Source of the DNA: Candidatus Peregrinibacteria bacterium HGW-Peregrinibacteria-1
GTDB lineage: Bacteria; Patescibacteriota; Gracilibacteria; UBA1369; LOWO2-01-FULL-3
Length of the DNA stretch: 64,000 nucleotides
NCBI GenBank assembly: GCA_002839505.1
Contig: PGYE01000001.1
Span: 371,332-435,331, forward strand
Direction of reading: 5' to 3'
Shown here: positions 60,596-64,000 of the stretch, piece by piece
Layout of the letters: every line of letters starts with the position of its first letter
Position numbering within the stretch: the stretch's first letter is position 1
Translations under genes and position numbers: made by a program
Notes under the pieces: generated by a model
What the model was told of the DNA's origin: nothing
Databases searched by the model: none
What the model saw: only the letters and a program-made list of their open reading frames with translations

Positions 60596-62689
60596 CTAAG
60601 ACTCAAACTTATCCCTAAAAAACCATTTAATCAAATTCCAATTACTATCGCGTGGCAAAAGCGTATAGGCTTGATTGCCGGTCTGGCAAGAATGCGACCC
60701 ACCGGCCTCTTCTGACAAAACTGCACAATTTTCCTTTGTTATATACGGTGGTACAAACAAAATATTCCCAGAAGACATTACATCATTAGAAACAATCTCA
60801 TAATTTTGATAACGGAAAAAATAAGAGATCGCCTCATCAATTGACATGTCCGTTTCAGTTTTATCCAAAACCGACCGTCCAATCTGCCAAATAGTATCCA
60901 CATTCCCGACCCCAAAATTTCGCGCCTTCGCTTGAATCGCCTCCAAAATCTGTTGCTGCCTTTCTGCCCTAGCAAAATCTGAAGAAGTTTTTCGGCTTCT
61001 AGCCAGCCTCAAAGCCTCCACACCACCCAGATGATAAGTCCCCGGCTCATAATGCAAAGTCCCCACCACACCATTATCGACAGTTCGATAAGAAGGATCG
61101 ATAAGCGCCCGTTCCAAAGTAATATCAATACCACCAAGCAAATCTACCACATCAATAAAAGCATACATATCCACGACGATGTATTTATGTACCTCGTAGC
61201 CTGTAATTTTCGTCAAAGCCCTCTTGAACTCCGGCATCCCATAAAAGTAGGGGAATGAATTAATCTTTCTCCCCTGATAATGCAAATCCCGAGGAATACT
61301 GATCATCTTAACTGTCCCATTATTCTCATCTACATGCGCAAAAATCATCGTATCCATCAGATTACCATTCTTTCCTCCGATCAAAATATTAAAAGTACCA
61401 TCGTCCGCGACCACCTCATCCCCATAATTGGGAATAACATCAGGCAACTCTAGATTTTTTTTTTTGTCATCTCCCGACTCGAAAGTCAGCAGACCATCGG
61501 TGGTCACACCACTGGGATCCGTAATATTCACCATACCAGTCGCCTTTTCGATCACTACCGACCTGAGCACCGCCCCATTCGCATCCAAAATATCATAATA
61601 ATAACGAGCATCATCTTCCCGAGCCTCATCACCCATCGAAAGCCCGACTTGGTTTAACATCGCCCTGAAACCGCTATCTTTCAGAGTTTCATCCAGCTCC
61701 GCTTTGGCCTCCTCCACCTTTCTGGCAATCACCGAACGCGCATCCAACTTGCCAAAGAAATCCTCAAAACTCTCATTAAAATTGACATCCTGCGCTCTTT
61801 CACCACTCTTCAAATCAATTAAATCCACACGAGAATCTTTTTTATAAAGCTTCACCTCGCCAATTATCTCCTCCGAGCTGTTCAAAATCCCATAAGTTAT
61901 CACTCCGGCCTGCTCACTACCGTCTTTCAAAAACGAAACACCTTTTTCACTGGCAACACCGCTGCCCTCAAGCTCCACCATCGCACCCGCAATCATATCT
62001 TTCGCCGCATTCAACTCCATCACCGCCTTTTCCAATACTGCACCCCGATCCAGGACAGCAGCCTTCACCTCCACCTGCAAATCACCCTTCACCTCTCTCT
62101 CATCAAGCATCGTCACAATCATCAACCCACCATCCTCTGCCACAACCACCTCACCCAACAAAAGCCCTTCATCACTACTGAATTTCAAACTCTCATCATC
62201 TCCCCCAAGCACCAATCCTCTGGATCCGACACCACTCAGAAATGCCTCATTAGCTCGCAAAGCCTTAACCTCCGCTAGATTTTTACTTTTACGCTCACTA
62301 ATCTCCTTTTCATCCCCTAAATGTTGCAAATAATCGAACAACGCCAACTGCAACTGATTAGTATTCCGCTCTCCATTTGCCATCACATCTCCAGCCTCCA
62401 AATCACTACCCACCGCCGAACCATAAGTCTTCACTGGCAACCTCAAAAGTCCTCGCACCTCATTCAAATCCGTCGCAAACTCCCTCACCGCCGCAGCATC
62501 ATCCACCAAAGTAGAAGTCTTTCTTTCCAAATTATCCACAGCAGTTCCCAAGCTCAAAACACTAAAATATTGCACCAACAAAAGCAAAATTACCGCCACC
62601 GCAAACCCCTTATTCACAATAAACCGCACCACCTTACCAAAACTCGCACGATCAAAATTCACCTTATTCTCATTATCATTTTCTGACAT
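60596..62689 (-). CDS. LCP (LytR-CpsA-Psr) family protein with a long N-terminal extracellular stalk
   Basis: One TM; C-terminal ISIPRD, KINS, VDLLGGI, ARSR, SDFARAERQQ. Confidence 0.88.
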   Translation of the reverse strand: MSENDNENKVNFDRASFGKVVRFIVNKGFAVAVILLLLVQYFSVLSLGTAVDNLERKTSTLVDDAAAVREFATDLNEVRGLLRLPVKTYGSAVGSDLEAGDVMANGERNTNQLQLALFDYLQHLGDEKEISERKSKNLAEVKALRANEAFLSGVGSRGLVLGGDDESLKFSSDEGLLLGEVVVAEDGGLMIVTMLDEREVKGDLQVEVKAAVLDRGAVLEKAVMELNAAKDMIAGAMVELEGSGVASEKGVSFLKDGSEQAGVITYGILNSSEEIIGEVKLYKKDSRVDLIDLKSGERAQDVNFNESFEDFFGKLDARSVIARKVEEAKAELDETLKDSGFRAMLNQVGLSMGDEAREDDARYYYDILDANGAVLRSVVIEKATGMVNITDPSGVTTDGLLTFESGDDKKKNLELPDVIPNYGDEVVADDGTFNILIGGKNGNLMDTMIFAHVDENNGTVKMISIPRDLHYQGRKINSFPYFYGMPEFKRALTKITGYEVHKYIVVDMYAFIDVVDLLGGIDITLERALIDPSYRTVDNGVVGTLHYEPGTYHLGGVEALRLARSRKTSSDFARAERQQQILEAIQAKARNFGVGNVDTIWQIGRSVLDKTETDMSIDEAISYFFRYQNYEIVSNDVMSSGNILFVPPYITKENCAVLSEEAGGSHSCQTGNQAYTLLPRDSNWNLIKWFFRDKFES

Positions 62690-62862
62690 ATTTGAAAGTT
62701 AATTTAACAAACGCAATTCTATTCAAAACCACCCCTCCCCGCAAACCCTCATATTAATAAAGAGTGAAATCATCTTGTCAAAAAACACAACTATTTTTTA
62801 AAAATTACTTGAAAAAAGCCCCACACTACTATAAATTACCCCCGTTCGAACAAGCCAAACAC

Positions 62863-62937
62863 GCGGGTGTCGTATAATGGCTATTACCATAGCCTTCCAA
62901 GCTATTGACAGGGGTTCGATTCCCCTCACCCGCTCCA
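62863..62937 (+). tRNA. tRNA-Gly (TCC)
   Basis: Acceptor GCGGGTG/CACCCGC, anticodon arm ATAGC-CTTCCAA-GCTAT, T arm AGGGG-TTCGATT-CCCCT, encoded CCA. Confidence 0.96.
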
Positions 62938-63052
62938 TTTCAAATCCCTACGAAAACAACCGGGATTTTTTTGCATATGCGGCACAATCACTTGCTAGAA
63001 AAAACAAAAGTGCTAATACTTAGAACCGCTTATTTACCAAACCACACATATC

Positions 63053-64000
63053 GTGAAAAAAAGAGCTGAAATAATGGCACCTTGTGGATCTTTTGAAGCT
63101 ATGGAGGCCGCGATACAGGCCGGCTGTGACAGTATATATTTTGGAGTTACCCAGCTCAACATGAGGGCAAGAGCCAGCCATAATTTTGAAATATCCGACC
63201 TTCCGCGAATCGCCCAAAGAGCCAAAAAAGACAATGTCAAAACATATATCGCACTCAACACCCTACTCTACGATCACGACCTCAATTTAATGAGAAAACT
63301 CATTGAAGAAGCCAAAAAGGCCGGCATCGACGCAGTAATAGTCGCAGACATGGCCGCCATGCAATACGCTAAAGAAGTCGGCATCTCCATCCAAGCCTCC
63401 ACCCAACTCTCAATTTCCAACTACGAGGCCGTCAAATTTTATGCCAACTTCGTGGATACGGTGGTATTAGCCCGAGAAGTCGATCTCAAAATGATGAAAG
63501 TAATATGTGACAACATCGAAAAAGATCAATTAAAAGGCCCAGCCGGCGAACTCATCAAAGTCGAAGTTTTTGTTCATGGAGCTCTATGCATCGCCCAAAG
63601 CGGACGCTGCCAAATGAGTCTTTTGCAAAACAACACCTCCGCACAGCGGGGTGCCTGCCTGCAAGAATGTCGCAAACGCTACCGCATCATCGACGAGGAA
63701 ACCGAAAAAGAAATGGTCGTCAATGACGGCTACATTATGAGCCCCAAAGACCTCTGCACCGTCAGTTTTCTTGATGAATTACTGGCAACCGGTGTCTCAA
63801 TCCTCAAAATTGAAGGACGCGGCAAATCTGCCGATTATGTCGATACAGTAGTGCGTGTTTATAGAGAAGCCGCCGATGCCGTCTATGAGGGCGTTTATAC
63901 ACATGAAAAAGTAGCGCAATGGCTGGAAAAACTGAAAGAAGTTTACAATAGGGGATTCACCGATGGCTACTATCTCGGAAAACCGCTACCTGATTTAAGC
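63053..64000 (+). CDS. Peptidase U32 family protein (tRNA/rRNA hydroxylation type), truncated by the window end
   Basis: Manual translation from GTG 63053: EIMAPCGSFEAMEAAIQAGCDSIYFG...ASTQ...VVLARE...EVFVHGALCIAQSGRC...RGACLQECR...MSPKDLC...LKIEGR. Confidence 0.92.
   Translation, partial: MKKRAEIMAPCGSFEAMEAAIQAGCDSIYFGVTQLNMRARASHNFEISDLPRIAQRAKKDNVKTYIALNTLLYDHDLNLMRKLIEEAKKAGIDAVIVADMAAMQYAKEVGISIQASTQLSISNYEAVKFYANFVDTVVLAREVDLKMMKVICDNIEKDQLKGPAGELIKVEVFVHGALCIAQSGRCQMSLLQNNTSAQRGACLQECRKRYRIIDEETEKEMVVNDGYIMSPKDLCTVSFLDELLATGVSILKIEGRGKSADYVDTVVRVYREAADAVYEGVYTHEKVAQWLEKLKEVYNRGFTDGYYLGKPLPDLS

Noticed and set aside
62863-63052. tRNA-Gly as an integration site for an island
   Set aside because: No duplicated tRNA 3' end was noticed elsewhere in the window, and the flanking genes are housekeeping

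Overview
This is a chromosomal segment of a Patescibacteria (CPR) bacterium, most likely Peregrinibacteria-like. That call is an inference from the gene content, the giant SLH surface protein and the standard genetic code (TGA used as a stop). Housekeeping genes are ftsW (partial), thrS, recF, prsW-like, uvrA, rplJ/rplL with an L10 leader, miaA, recJ, a DHH phosphoesterase, malic enzyme, hisS, tsaD, a CCA enzyme, rlmD, an LCP protein, tRNA-Gly(TCC) and a U32 protein (partial). Three accessory blocks stand out. (1) At 939-11656, a VirB6/TrbL-like membrane protein is clustered with three large orphan proteins, the last ending in a divergent RelA/SpoT-like nucleotidyltransferase domain. (2) At 19726-45248, a co-oriented surface locus runs pilN/O-like, pilB, pilC, four pilins, a NUDIX gene, a ~4,520-aa SLH-anchored multidomain protein and four secreted Cys-containing proteins with related C-termini. 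(3) At 49240-49571, a ~280-nt multi-branched RNA-like element is followed by a 50-nt internal duplication. An HTH_17 gene is preceded by phased 10-bp direct repeats. No CRISPR array, integrase, transposase or rRNA was seen. All calls are by eye; no database searches were run.
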